DNA of 64,000 nucleotides from Thermoplasmata archaeon (GTDB lineage Archaea > Thermoplasmatota > Thermoplasmata > Thermoplasmatales > GCA-001856825), in NCBI GenBank assembly GCA_021792255.1, contig JAJYUZ010000003.1, positions 128,001 to 192,000 of the forward strand, given 5' to 3'. Shown here one piece after another: positions 51,978 through 61,444 of this stretch; position 1 is the first letter of the stretch; each line of letters begins with the position of its first letter. The notes under the pieces are model-generated. The model was not told the origin of the DNA, made no database searches, and saw nothing but the letters and a program-made list of their open reading frames with translations. Position numbers and translations under genes: made by a program.

Positions 51978-53263
51978 ATCCTCCGGTACATGTAATAGAA
52001 ATCTGTTGCGGTCTTCAGCTTGCCCACGTTCAGATCAGCGGCGCAGGAACCAAGTATTTCCCTGATCTTCTTCTTAGGCTGACCCCTTTCCCACAGCATT
52101 TCCAAGAGGATGCTCTCTAACATTTTCGGATAAGTCGTATACATGCTCCTGTTTCCGGTGACCTTCCTGATGTCCTTGAACGTTTTCAGGTCCTTGAGCA
52201 CATAGGTCTTTTCCAGTTTCTGTCTGTAGAGTGCAAGAGAATCCGAGGAAAAATTATTCCTTCCCTTCGCTTCTGCTGCCGTTTCTCCTGCGAGTATTCC
52301 GGAGAGGAACGCGTAGTTCATTCCCTGGAGGACCAATCCATTGCTGAACCCAAAACCAGCCGCATCTCCCACTATCATGTAACCATCTCCGTAAAGTTTA
52401 GGAACCATGCCCAGTCCCCCTTCTGGAATCATGTGTGCACCATACTCCGCAACGGTTCCTCCCTCAATGAGAGGAGCGATGGATGGATGCTCTTTGAATT
52501 GTTCGATTATGTCATATGTGTGCGTAATCCCGTTTTCCCTTAGCTGCTCCATCGGGGCAACTATTCCGAGGGAAATACTGTCCTTGTTGGTATAGAAGAA
52601 TGCACCGACATTCAATTCCTCCAGATTTCCCATTATATATTCGGAAGCCATTCCAGAATTGGGGGTCAGGTTGAACCTGTCCTCTATTTTCTGTGGACTG
52701 AGTTTTATTATCTCTTTGACACCGACGGAAACTTCCCAATCCTGGAGCGGCTCCCTTAGACCGGCTTCAATCGAAAGCCTTGGGTTGATTCCCTCTGCAA
52801 GTATTACCACATCCGCTGTGATAACGTCCCCAGACTCTTCCACTCCGATAATCTTGCCATCCTTCTTTGCGAGGGATTCGACTGTTATTCCAGGTATGAC
52901 CACGGCGCCAGCTTCCTTGGCTTTCTTTGCAAGCCACGGATCGAATTTTGAACGCAAGACCGTATGCCCCACTTTGTTGTCTTCGAAAATCTTTGTTTTG
53001 AAATCAATTATGATCGAAGACTTGTCAGTTAGAAATCCTATCTTTTTGTCTTGAATAAATCGTTCGAGTGGAGCTTCATTCTGCCACTTAGGTAGTATTT
53101 GCGCCAAATCATTTCCCCAGAGAACTCCTCCGGAAAGATTCTTTGCACCTGGTGGGTCGGACCGATCTACGAGCAAGACGCTCAGCCCTTTTGAAGCCAT
53201 CGTGATTGCTGCAGCTGATCCAGCATTTCCGGCACCAACAACTATAGCGTCATAATCTGGCAT
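51974..53263 (-). CDS. fixC: ETF:quinone oxidoreductase FixC
   Basis: Motifs GAGNAG, GAKNLSGG, APLER, AHMIPEGG, VGDAAG and GMNYA. Confidence 0.92.
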   Translation of the reverse strand: MPDYDAIVVGAGNAGSAAAITMASKGLSVLLVDRSDPPGAKNLSGGVLWGNDLAQILPKWQNEAPLERFIQDKKIGFLTDKSSIIIDFKTKIFEDNKVGHTVLRSKFDPWLAKKAKEAGAVVIPGITVESLAKKDGKIIGVEESGDVITADVVILAEGINPRLSIEAGLREPLQDWEVSVGVKEIIKLSPQKIEDRFNLTPNSGMASEYIMGNLEELNVGAFFYTNKDSISLGIVAPMEQLRENGITHTYDIIEQFKEHPSIAPLIEGGTVAEYGAHMIPEGGLGMVPKLYGDGYMIVGDAAGFGFSNGLVLQGMNYAFLSGILAGETAAEAKGRNNFSSDSLALYRQKLEKTYVLKDLKTFKDIRKVTGNRSMYTTYPKMLESILLEMLWERGQPKKKIREILGSCAADLNVGKLKTATDFYYMYRRM

Positions 53264-53352
53264 CTTTTTGAGAGCACTTCAAAAGTATTTACGTTTTCGA
53301 TTATTCTGTTCATAAAAAGAATTTTAAGGACGTAGTAATCACAAGGAGAAAT

Positions 53353-53427
53353 GCCACCGTAGCACAGCCTGGTACGTGCGCGTGCTTGGTAAGCACGAGG
53401 TCGCGGGTCCAAATCCCGTCGGTGGCT
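53353..53427 (+). tRNA. tRNA-Thr(GGT)
   Basis: Acceptor stem GCCACCG/CGGTGGC, U73, anticodon arm CGTGC-TTGGTAA-GCACG. T-loop reads TCCAAAT (C55). Confidence 0.95.
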
Positions 53428-53751
53428 TCTCAAATTAGGTCAGAGCTACTACTTCATTTTTTAACCAAATAACTTTGGGTGTGGGCTATAAGAGTTCATT
53501 TCAAACATGTTGCTCGGCCGACCTTAAACATTCCTTCAAAATTGTTTCGCCGTACCGTATAATGACCCATTACAAACATCAGTATGGATTGGAAATTCAC
53601 AACCAATGACCCCTATAAGTTCAGATACCTCTTACATCTTTAGTTCCCACTTTCTCTTGGAAATAGAAGTTCTCTATCTGTTGAAATGAAGTCATCTCTC
53701 CAGAATTAGAACACCGCGAAATTAGAAGTGAATTTATTAAGTCGTTAGGAA

Positions 53752-54879
53752 TTGTCTCACGTGCGCTCTCCTGCTGAACGCATTATTCCTATCTTCTTCA
53801 TATCAGTCGGAGCGCTAGCGGTTGCTCTCTTATTTTATTATCAGATACTTGAATATGCATCTATCGGAGTAATCAATCTAGGCAGTTACTTTCTTTATGA
53901 GGGAATTTTTCTGCTGGCTCTGGTCCCAATTACGATTCCAGTACTTCATTTTTTTAGAGAACGTTCAACAGAGGATTATGACGAGCCATCACCCAGGAAA
54001 TTCTTGAGAAAGTCGTTTGGCATTTTGTGGATTTTTGATGGTATACTTCAAATGCAACTTCCCTTTCTTACTCTCTTCGTCCAATATAACTTGATCCCTC
54101 TTCTAGGATCTGAACCAATAGTGACATTCCTTACTGGACACGCAATCACTCTTTGGAACGTTAACCCCCCACTAATGGACGTTATTGCATCCCTCTTACA
54201 GGTATATCTTGGTATATTTTTCCTGACCTACAAGAGGGGGTTCGTTTTCAGGCTTGCCCAGGTATCTGCAATCTCTTGGAGTCTGGTTATTTGGATGTTC
54301 GCGGAAGGACTTGGCGGCATTCTATCTCCAAGCGCAACATTGCTCACCGGTTCCCCGGGCTCTGCTCTTTTTTACGCAATTGCTTCGTTCCTCTTGCTGA
54401 TATATGAACAAGAATCTTCATCAGGAAGGGCCCGCACAGTGACGAGGGTGACAATGAGCGTCACTTTCTTAGGATTTGCCATTTCTCAAATCTTGCCGTC
54501 CAATGGATTCTGGGCTGCTCTTCCGATTTCATCCTTTCCGTCTCCGTTTGCATTACTGAACAACCTGACATTCATCACCTTGCTCATAAGTCAGCACGCC
54601 TCCATTTTGAATGCCGTATACGTTCTTGTGATGTTCGCAATAGGCGTCTCTTGGCTTGTGCTTCCCCGGTTCGCTGGTTTTCCAACGTTGTTGTGGGGCT
54701 TCTTCACTTGGTACATTTATCAGGGATTCGGTATCTTTGGCATGACCAGTAGCACTGACCCGAACACTGGCTTGCCACTAATATTTATTTCTTTGACCTT
54801 CCTTCTAATTACCAGGTCGACTGATGTCATTCAAAATTACAAATTTGCTTTCTACCGTAGAAAAAAGAGCTTGGTGTAG
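53752..54879 (+). CDS. hypothetical polytopic membrane protein
   Basis: About 9-10 TM helices; motifs LWIFDGILQ.Q, W..AEGLGGI...TG.PG.A..Y and STDPNTG. Confidence 0.7.
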   Translation: MSHVRSPAERIIPIFFISVGALAVALLFYYQILEYASIGVINLGSYFLYEGIFLLALVPITIPVLHFFRERSTEDYDEPSPRKFLRKSFGILWIFDGILQMQLPFLTLFVQYNLIPLLGSEPIVTFLTGHAITLWNVNPPLMDVIASLLQVYLGIFFLTYKRGFVFRLAQVSAISWSLVIWMFAEGLGGILSPSATLLTGSPGSALFYAIASFLLLIYEQESSSGRARTVTRVTMSVTFLGFAISQILPSNGFWAALPISSFPSPFALLNNLTFITLLISQHASILNAVYVLVMFAIGVSWLVLPRFAGFPTLLWGFFTWYIYQGFGIFGMTSSTDPNTGLPLIFISLTFLLITRSTDVIQNYKFAFYRRKKSLV

Positions 54880-55061
54880 CACGGTAAGATCGGTTGTAGC
54901 AAAATGTTTCGTGTCTTGTGGTTGTTTCCTAATACTTGGATGTTTGCCTCTTTTGGAATAACTATTTTTAGAAATGGCGATGGACTGGAATTGTGCGAAA
55001 TTATTTTTGAAGTCTTTTTACCTCATTTTCGCCCACTATGACAAGCCGTAGATTTACCAAA

Positions 55062-55084
55062 AAATCGGCTATAGCAGCCGATTT
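55062..55084. promoter_or_regulatory. perfect palindromic operator AAATCGGCT-N5-AGCCGATTT
   Basis: 9-bp perfect arms immediately upstream of the TATA-like TTATATA (55093-55099) of the ALDH gene. Confidence 0.6.
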
Positions 55085-55130
55085 CCAAACCATTATATAG
55101 ACGAAAAAGCATTCGCATCTTAGTGATAGT

Positions 55131-56624
55131 ATGACCTATCAAATGTTTGTTAACGGGGAGTGGAAAGATTCCTCGGATGAACAGAAGATCTCGGTTATAA
55201 ATCCTGCGACTGGATCAATAATTGCTGAAGTCCCAAGCGCCAGTTCAGAGGATGTTGCACTCGCAGCTGAATCTGCGAAAGAATCTTTCTTTGAAGGTAC
55301 TTGGAGCAGAATTAGTCCTGGTGAAAGGGCGACCGTTCTCCTCAAAGTAGCACAAATAATGGAAGACAGGACGCAGGAGCTGGCGAAGCTGGAAACTCAG
55401 ATATCCGGTAAATCTATCAAACAGTCATCGGGGTACGATCTGCCATACACGGTAGACAACGTTAGATTCATCGCTGGAGCTGCGAGAATTCTCGAAGGAA
55501 AGGCGATGGGTGAATATGTACAGGATGGCACAAGTGCAATCAGGAGAGAGCCTATCGGTGTGGTAGGAGTGATAACACCATGGAACTATCCGCTGATGAT
55601 GGTCGTTTGGCGGGCATTTCCCGCTCTCGCGATGGGAAACAGCGTGGTGGTAAAACCCGCAAGCTACACTCCTTTGACGACCCTTGAACTTGCAAAAATT
55701 ATGGAAAAGGCCGGCGTTCCCAAGGGTGTTTTCAATGTTATCACAGGACCTGGGGGAAAGGTAGGAGAAGAACTAGCTGGAAACAAGAACATAGACATGA
55801 TCGCGTTTACGGGAAGCACAGAGGTTGGCAAGAGACTATCAGAACTCGGATCTTCCACTCTCAAGAAAGTTTCTCTTGAGCTTGGTGGTAAGGCTCCTTT
55901 CATCGTTTTTAGAGATGCGGACCTTGATGCTGCGACAGAGGGTGCTGTAGTCGGTGGCCTTGTCAACAATGGCCAGGATTGTGCAAACGCTACCAGATAT
56001 TATGTGCACGAATCCGTAAAGGACAAGTTTGTCGATCTTCTATTAAAAAAGCTTAAGAAAGTCAAAGTTGGAGATCCTACTGACCCCAGTACTGACATTG
56101 GACCGCTCATATCCAGCTCACACAGGGACAGAGTCGAGGGGTATATCGAGAGGGGAGTGAAACAGGGAGGAAAACTTCTGGAAGGAGGTAGTAGACCCAA
56201 ACTGAAAGGAATGGAGAATGGATTCTTCCTCAATCCGACGGTGATCTATACTGAAAACCAGAAATCTGACATTGTTCAGGAAGAAATATTCGGTCCCGTT
56301 TTCAGTGTGCTTCCGTTTTCGACGTACGATGAAGCAATCGCCAATAGCAATGACGTGGTCTATGGACTGGGTGCCTCGGTCTGGACGAAGGACGTCACAA
56401 CGTCGATGAGAGCGGTAAGGGACCTGAGATTTGGGACCGTGTGGGTCAACGAACACATTCCAGTACCATCAGAGATGCCATGGGCGGGTTATAAACAGAG
56501 TGGCCACGGTGCCTCTCTTTCGCCCTACAGCCTAGAGGAATTCACTTACATCAAGCACGTTTATTTTGATCTGACGGGCGGAGTAAGAAAGAGCTGGTAC
56601 TACCAGATTTATGGAGGGCAGTAG
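55131..56624 (+). CDS. aminoaldehyde dehydrogenase (aminobutyraldehyde/betaine-aldehyde type)
   Basis: Motifs PWNYP, FTGST, ELGGKAP, GQDC..ATR and EMP..GYKQSG. Confidence 0.88.
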   Translation: MTYQMFVNGEWKDSSDEQKISVINPATGSIIAEVPSASSEDVALAAESAKESFFEGTWSRISPGERATVLLKVAQIMEDRTQELAKLETQISGKSIKQSSGYDLPYTVDNVRFIAGAARILEGKAMGEYVQDGTSAIRREPIGVVGVITPWNYPLMMVVWRAFPALAMGNSVVVKPASYTPLTTLELAKIMEKAGVPKGVFNVITGPGGKVGEELAGNKNIDMIAFTGSTEVGKRLSELGSSTLKKVSLELGGKAPFIVFRDADLDAATEGAVVGGLVNNGQDCANATRYYVHESVKDKFVDLLLKKLKKVKVGDPTDPSTDIGPLISSSHRDRVEGYIERGVKQGGKLLEGGSRPKLKGMENGFFLNPTVIYTENQKSDIVQEEIFGPVFSVLPFSTYDEAIANSNDVVYGLGASVWTKDVTTSMRAVRDLRFGTVWVNEHIPVPSEMPWAGYKQSGHGASLSPYSLEEFTYIKHVYFDLTGGVRKSWYYQIYGGQ

Positions 56625-56633
56625 GTGATCAAA

Positions 56634-57917
56634 ATGAACTCTGATGGATATAATCCTTTGAAAGTGAATACAAACCTGGACTTCGGAAACCCATCGAGAG
56701 TAGTTTTTGGATTGGGTGCTGCGTACAACAGTTTGCCAGGACTCATAAAGGAGCTCAACCCGAAAAAAACCGTCCTGGTGAGCGATGAAATAGTTTCCAA
56801 GACAGGTGCTCTGGAAAAAATAGAATCGTCTCTCAAGGCGGCGGATTTGAAATTTGAGGAGCTGCTGATCCCGGTCGGCGAGCCGACGACAGAGATGACA
56901 AGAGACCTTGTAGATAGAGCCCGTAAAGATAGACCAGAGATGTACGTAGGGATAGGTGGAGGAAGCGTACTTGATATGACAAAGTTGATGTCGATAATGG
57001 TGACAAATCACGGAGAGCCAAAGAATTATTACGCACTACCTCCGGATCCCTGGTCCGATAAAGTTACCAACGTCGGAGTAAGGAAAATTCTAATTTCGAC
57101 TACCGCAGGTACAGGCAGTGAGACCTCTAACACTCTTGTAGTGACAGAAGGTGGTTACAAAACGTGGATAACGAGTTCAAAGGTCACTGCAAACGTATCG
57201 CTCATCGATCCATCGTTGACTTTTACCTTGCCCCCGGTCGCTACGAGAAACACTGGAATGGATGCACTAAGCCACTTGATCGAGGGAGTGCTGACAAACA
57301 TGCCAAACCCCGTATCAGATGGAATGATCCAACAGGGAGTCCATCTAGTTTCCAAGTATCTCGTTAGGGCATACAACAACGGAAATGATGAAGAAGCGAG
57401 AGTGAACATGTCTTTTGCCGCGATGATGGGAGGCTGGGTGATTGCGTTCCCATGGGTCGGTGGCCCCGCAACTATTGGGCACTGCATGTCAGAGGCTCTG
57501 GGTCCGAAATTTGGTATCCCCCATGGATTCGCGTGCGCGATAATGTTGCCTCACGCTATGGACTTTAACCTTCCACTGGTCGCGCCTAGACTCAGATCAG
57601 TCGCAGAAGCGTTTGGGGTGGATACGTACGGACTTTCTGATATAGAAGCTGCCTCCGAAGCCATAAATTCCGTAGTATCACTAATGAAGAGTCTGGAGAT
57701 GCCAGTTGCCCTGAAGAATGCTTCTAAATTCAAAAAGGACAGGCTTGCAGAGATGTTCGATTATGTGCTGAACGAAAGGCAGTACATTTACAACCTCCCT
57801 GTCTACAATCCGAGGAGACTGACCAGAGAGAATTTGTCAGAATTGTTTGATGATGTCTGGGAGGGCAAGTTCACCACGGCTTCAAAGCTGGCAGAGGGTA
57901 GCGTGAAAACTTTTTAA
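56634..57917 (+). CDS. iron-containing (type III) alcohol dehydrogenase
   Basis: Motifs GGGSVLD, TTAGTGSE, DALSH..E and GH.....LG....PHG. ATG 56634 follows GGTGA. Confidence 0.9.
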   Translation: MNSDGYNPLKVNTNLDFGNPSRVVFGLGAAYNSLPGLIKELNPKKTVLVSDEIVSKTGALEKIESSLKAADLKFEELLIPVGEPTTEMTRDLVDRARKDRPEMYVGIGGGSVLDMTKLMSIMVTNHGEPKNYYALPPDPWSDKVTNVGVRKILISTTAGTGSETSNTLVVTEGGYKTWITSSKVTANVSLIDPSLTFTLPPVATRNTGMDALSHLIEGVLTNMPNPVSDGMIQQGVHLVSKYLVRAYNNGNDEEARVNMSFAAMMGGWVIAFPWVGGPATIGHCMSEALGPKFGIPHGFACAIMLPHAMDFNLPLVAPRLRSVAEAFGVDTYGLSDIEAASEAINSVVSLMKSLEMPVALKNASKFKKDRLAEMFDYVLNERQYIYNLPVYNPRRLTRENLSELFDDVWEGKFTTASKLAEGSVKTF

Positions 57918-57968
57918 GTCCTCTCCTCACTACATCAAAACTAAATACAGAGCTTAGCTTTTACTCGA

Positions 57969-58088
57969 ATGTCACTGAAGGTCGGAGATAGAGCCCCAGA
58001 CTTTGACAGATTGACGGACGTCAGTGAAAAAATCCATGAGTGCAAAACTAAAGAACGACTCCATCTTCTATCCAAAGAACACTTCTAA
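57969..58088 (+). pseudogene. peroxiredoxin (Bcp/AhpC-TSA) fragment
   Basis: Begins MSLKVGDRAPDF; the FYPK motif follows in a different frame; early stop and no peroxidatic Cys motif. Confidence 0.7.
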
Positions 58089-58426
58089 GATGTTCTGAAG
58101 CTTATTTCTGCCTATTTTAGTCTAAATACCTCGAGCATTTGAAACGCACCTTAATATCGATACTGAAACTAATGCTAGATCAAGACAATCGGAGTACATA
58201 AAAAAAACCAATATTATTTTTTCAAGGAAATAGAGTCGTCTGTATCTTGTGCTTTTATTTGCGATCCAGTCAGTGGCTCTACAAATTGGGCTTGTGTTCC
58301 AAGACGTCACTTATCTAATTGATCGATATTCTTAGTTTGCAGTATACTTGTAGATAGCAAGAATGAAAAGTAAGAATAAGGGGTTGGTTCAATTAACATT
58401 TAATATTAAAAAATCCCTATGCTATT

Positions 58427-59770
58427 GTGTATAGAATCGGCATAGAAGAACACGATAGCACCTTCTATGCGATAGTTCTGACAAATAATGACAAAGTTCT
58501 ATGGAAGGGAAAAAACAAAGATCTGACTGAACTTCTGAACCTTCTCGACGAAAGTGAAGCGCTGAAAGGGCATGATATCGAGTATGCAGCATTTTCAACC
58601 GATATTGTAAACAGCATTTCTCCAGTTATGAAAAGAACTTCCCCCATTGTTCTGATAAAAGTGGGAGGATCCAAAGATAACTTTTCTTATGTGTCTACAG
58701 AGAGGAATTCTCGCCCCTTCAAGGGATTGGAAATTCATAATTACTTTATTAAGGGTGCAATGAAACCATATGGAGAAGAAGAATCGCCTTTAGATTCCAA
58801 GGAAATCAAAAAAATAGCCAAAATACTCAACGAAGACAAAAGTGTTAAGGGAGTTGGGATCATAGGTCAATTCTCAAACTTTTTACCTCAGCATGAAGAA
58901 AAGATCGCAAGAGAGCTGAATAAGACTATTGAGAGAAAGATTTCAATTTGTTTGTCCTCATTGGTGTCCCACAGGAGCCTGGTGTACAGGGAAAGACTCC
59001 TCGTTATGAACCTAATTTTGGCAATTTCAGCCAGTCAGCATCTGATATTCATAGCAGAAAAGTTGAAAGAGTACCTAGGGCGTTCAAGACTCTATTTCTT
59101 AGGTTCTGATGGTTCACTAGTGCCAAACGAGACGGCACTTAATTACCCAGTGCTGCTGAATGGGTCGTCATACGTGTCGAAAATTGTTGGGCTTGGTGCA
59201 ACCACTGATTTGAAAGACCTCAACTTGATTACCAAGCTCGGAAAGAAGATTGTCCTCATGTCGTCATTCGATGGCGAGCCAGTATTAAAGAGGAAGGAGG
59301 ATACCTTTAAGAAAGGAATCAACGTTTTTTCTTCTGGAGTCATGAGACCGCTGAGTGGCAGATCAGAAGAGATTGAGCTCGTAATAAGAAATCTTAAAAA
59401 GAAAGATGAAACAACTACCGTGATAGACAAGAGTATCTTTCAAGAGTACCCCAAGCTTAATACCTGCGGTGCCAGATTGCAAAAGGTAGACGGATACCTA
59501 GGGGCTATGGGAGCAGTCTCAGCACCAATAAGGTTGACAATGGATTTCCTAGGCTCTATCCAGTTCAGTGGGAGGAAAGAAATATTGGAATCCTTCAAGA
59601 ACATTGTCAGGGAAAAAATCATAGAGGTGGGAGCAAAAACTGAGTCGGTAAGAGTCGTTCAAGTGGAAGAGATCCCTCTAAGTTATTTACCATGGGATAG
59701 CCTAAGAATCAGGATTTCAGTTGAAGGAAGACCGGGAGGCAGCCCCACATCTGGAGGCAAGCGGAAGTGA
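58427..59770 (+). CDS. degenerate hydantoinase/oxoprolinase (HyuA-like) protein lacking ATP-binding motifs
   Basis: Retains RIGI, G.E..PLD..EI, FS...P.HE, S......RE....N, DGSL, P, GA.GA and the C-terminal VEEIPLSYLP. Both DxGGT motifs are absent. Confidence 0.72.
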   Translation: MYRIGIEEHDSTFYAIVLTNNDKVLWKGKNKDLTELLNLLDESEALKGHDIEYAAFSTDIVNSISPVMKRTSPIVLIKVGGSKDNFSYVSTERNSRPFKGLEIHNYFIKGAMKPYGEEESPLDSKEIKKIAKILNEDKSVKGVGIIGQFSNFLPQHEEKIARELNKTIERKISICLSSLVSHRSLVYRERLLVMNLILAISASQHLIFIAEKLKEYLGRSRLYFLGSDGSLVPNETALNYPVLLNGSSYVSKIVGLGATTDLKDLNLITKLGKKIVLMSSFDGEPVLKRKEDTFKKGINVFSSGVMRPLSGRSEEIELVIRNLKKKDETTTVIDKSIFQEYPKLNTCGARLQKVDGYLGAMGAVSAPIRLTMDFLGSIQFSGRKEILESFKNIVREKIIEVGAKTESVRVVQVEEIPLSYLPWDSLRIRISVEGRPGGSPTSGGKRK

Positions 59771-60269
59771 GTTTGATTTGATTGAAAGGGGAGAGACTAA
59801 ACAAGAAGAGCACCTGGACGAGATAGACATAGGCATAATTAATATCTTGCTGGAAGACGGAACCAAGAATTTGAGTCAAATTGCCTCTGTACTTAAAGTG
59901 GGAATAGCCACCGTTCACAGAAGGCTAAGGAAACTTAGGGATGAGGGTGTTATTGAGGGTTATACCCTTCTAGTGAACCCGAAGAAGTTGGGTCTTAATG
60001 TGATTGCAATTACTTCCCTGAAAGTCGTGTCAGGCAGAGAACAAGAGATTCTCAAAGAGGTCGAAAAGATTAGAGATGTAACTGAGATATACAAGATCTC
60101 CGGCCAATTCGAGATAATCTTGAAGATAAAGGCAGGAGATCTTGGGGAACTGAACAAGATTCTAGACAGGATCAAGATAGTAAACGGAATTCAAGAGATA
60201 AACACGAGCGTGGTTCTTGAAGTCCTTCGGGATCAACCCATACACCCTATCGGTGGTGAGACCAAATGA
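59767..60269 (+). CDS. Lrp/AsnC family regulator
   Basis: Motifs LDEIDIGI, HTH ATVHRRL..L..EGVI.GY and ISGQFE. Probable GTG start overlaps the upstream TGA (GTGA). Confidence 0.88.
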
Positions 60270-61300
60270 AGATAGGAAGGAGAGAGCTCGAATCCCTCTC
60301 TTGTGGCTCGGAGATAATTGGAGGGGGAGGAGGTGGGAATACCTTTCCTGTAAGATCTGTCCTGAATTACTATCTGAGGGAAAATCATCCTCCAGTAACC
60401 ATCGGAATTGATGACATTTCAGATTCAGCATTGGTAATGGGCGTAGCCTATCTTGGCTCTACTATGGTGATTGAAGAGAGGCTTCCGCAGGGACGGAATC
60501 TTATTTCTTCAATTAAGACTCTCGAGAATTTCATAGGAGAGAAAACATCGGCAATAATTCCAATAGAGGGGGCAGGCGTGAATGCTTTAATTCCTCTCTT
60601 GGCCTCAGTAAATTCAAAAACACCAGTGATAGATGCTGACGGCATGGGACGCGCATTCCCTGAACTTTCTATGACTACATTCTCCATAAATGGAATATCT
60701 GCTTCCCCTCTCACAATTTCAGACGATCGAGGGAATGTGGTGGTTGTAGAGGAGCTTGAAGAAAAGCTGACAGAAGAAATGGTCAGAGGGATTGCTCTTA
60801 TATATGGAGGTGGCGCATGGCTAACTGCCTTTCCCATGACCGGAGCGGAAGCAAGAAAGTTCAGCATAAAAGGGACTATTTCAAGGAACATTCGGATAGG
60901 AGACGTACTCTTGGAAAACACATCACCAAAGGAGAAAATCAAGAAGTTAGAGAGAGAATTCAACGTGAGATTGGTTGGTGAGGGCTACGTAAAAGAGATC
61001 TTTAGATACAGGGAAGGAAAGTTCTCGAAGGGTGACCTGTTCATAAAATGTTATGATGACAGATTTCTAAAGGTATCTTTTCAGAACGAATACCTGATGA
61101 TCACTGAACAAGATGAAGTAATAGCCAGTGTTCCCACCATAATCACACTAATTGACGCATATACCCTCAGACCCATAAGGACTGACGAGGTTACAACGGA
61201 AGACGAAGTATTAGCTATATGTATTCCAGAGCCTGATGAACTCAGAACCAATAAAGCTCTCAACAAGGTCGGGCCGAGAGTCTTTGGATACAAAATATGA
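60266..61300 (+). CDS. DUF917 family protein (divergent paralog)
   Basis: Gly-rich GGGGGG, PIE..G.N, DADGMGRAFPE, FQNE and VGPRVFGY; ATGA overlap with the Lrp gene. Confidence 0.85.
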   Translation: MKIGRRELESLSCGSEIIGGGGGGNTFPVRSVLNYYLRENHPPVTIGIDDISDSALVMGVAYLGSTMVIEERLPQGRNLISSIKTLENFIGEKTSAIIPIEGAGVNALIPLLASVNSKTPVIDADGMGRAFPELSMTTFSINGISASPLTISDDRGNVVVVEELEEKLTEEMVRGIALIYGGGAWLTAFPMTGAEARKFSIKGTISRNIRIGDVLLENTSPKEKIKKLEREFNVRLVGEGYVKEIFRYREGKFSKGDLFIKCYDDRFLKVSFQNEYLMITEQDEVIASVPTIITLIDAYTLRPIRTDEVTTEDEVLAICIPEPDELRTNKALNKVGPRVFGYKI

Positions 61301-61444
61301 ATAGATCCTGTTCAGTCTTTCTTTAACAACCTCTTGACACTTGCGTGCCAGAGCTCTTAAATAAGAAGCTAGGAGATAGTGGACTAATCTTGATGGCTTT
61401 CATTTCTTATGAATTAAAATACCAAAAAAAAATATATAAAATAC

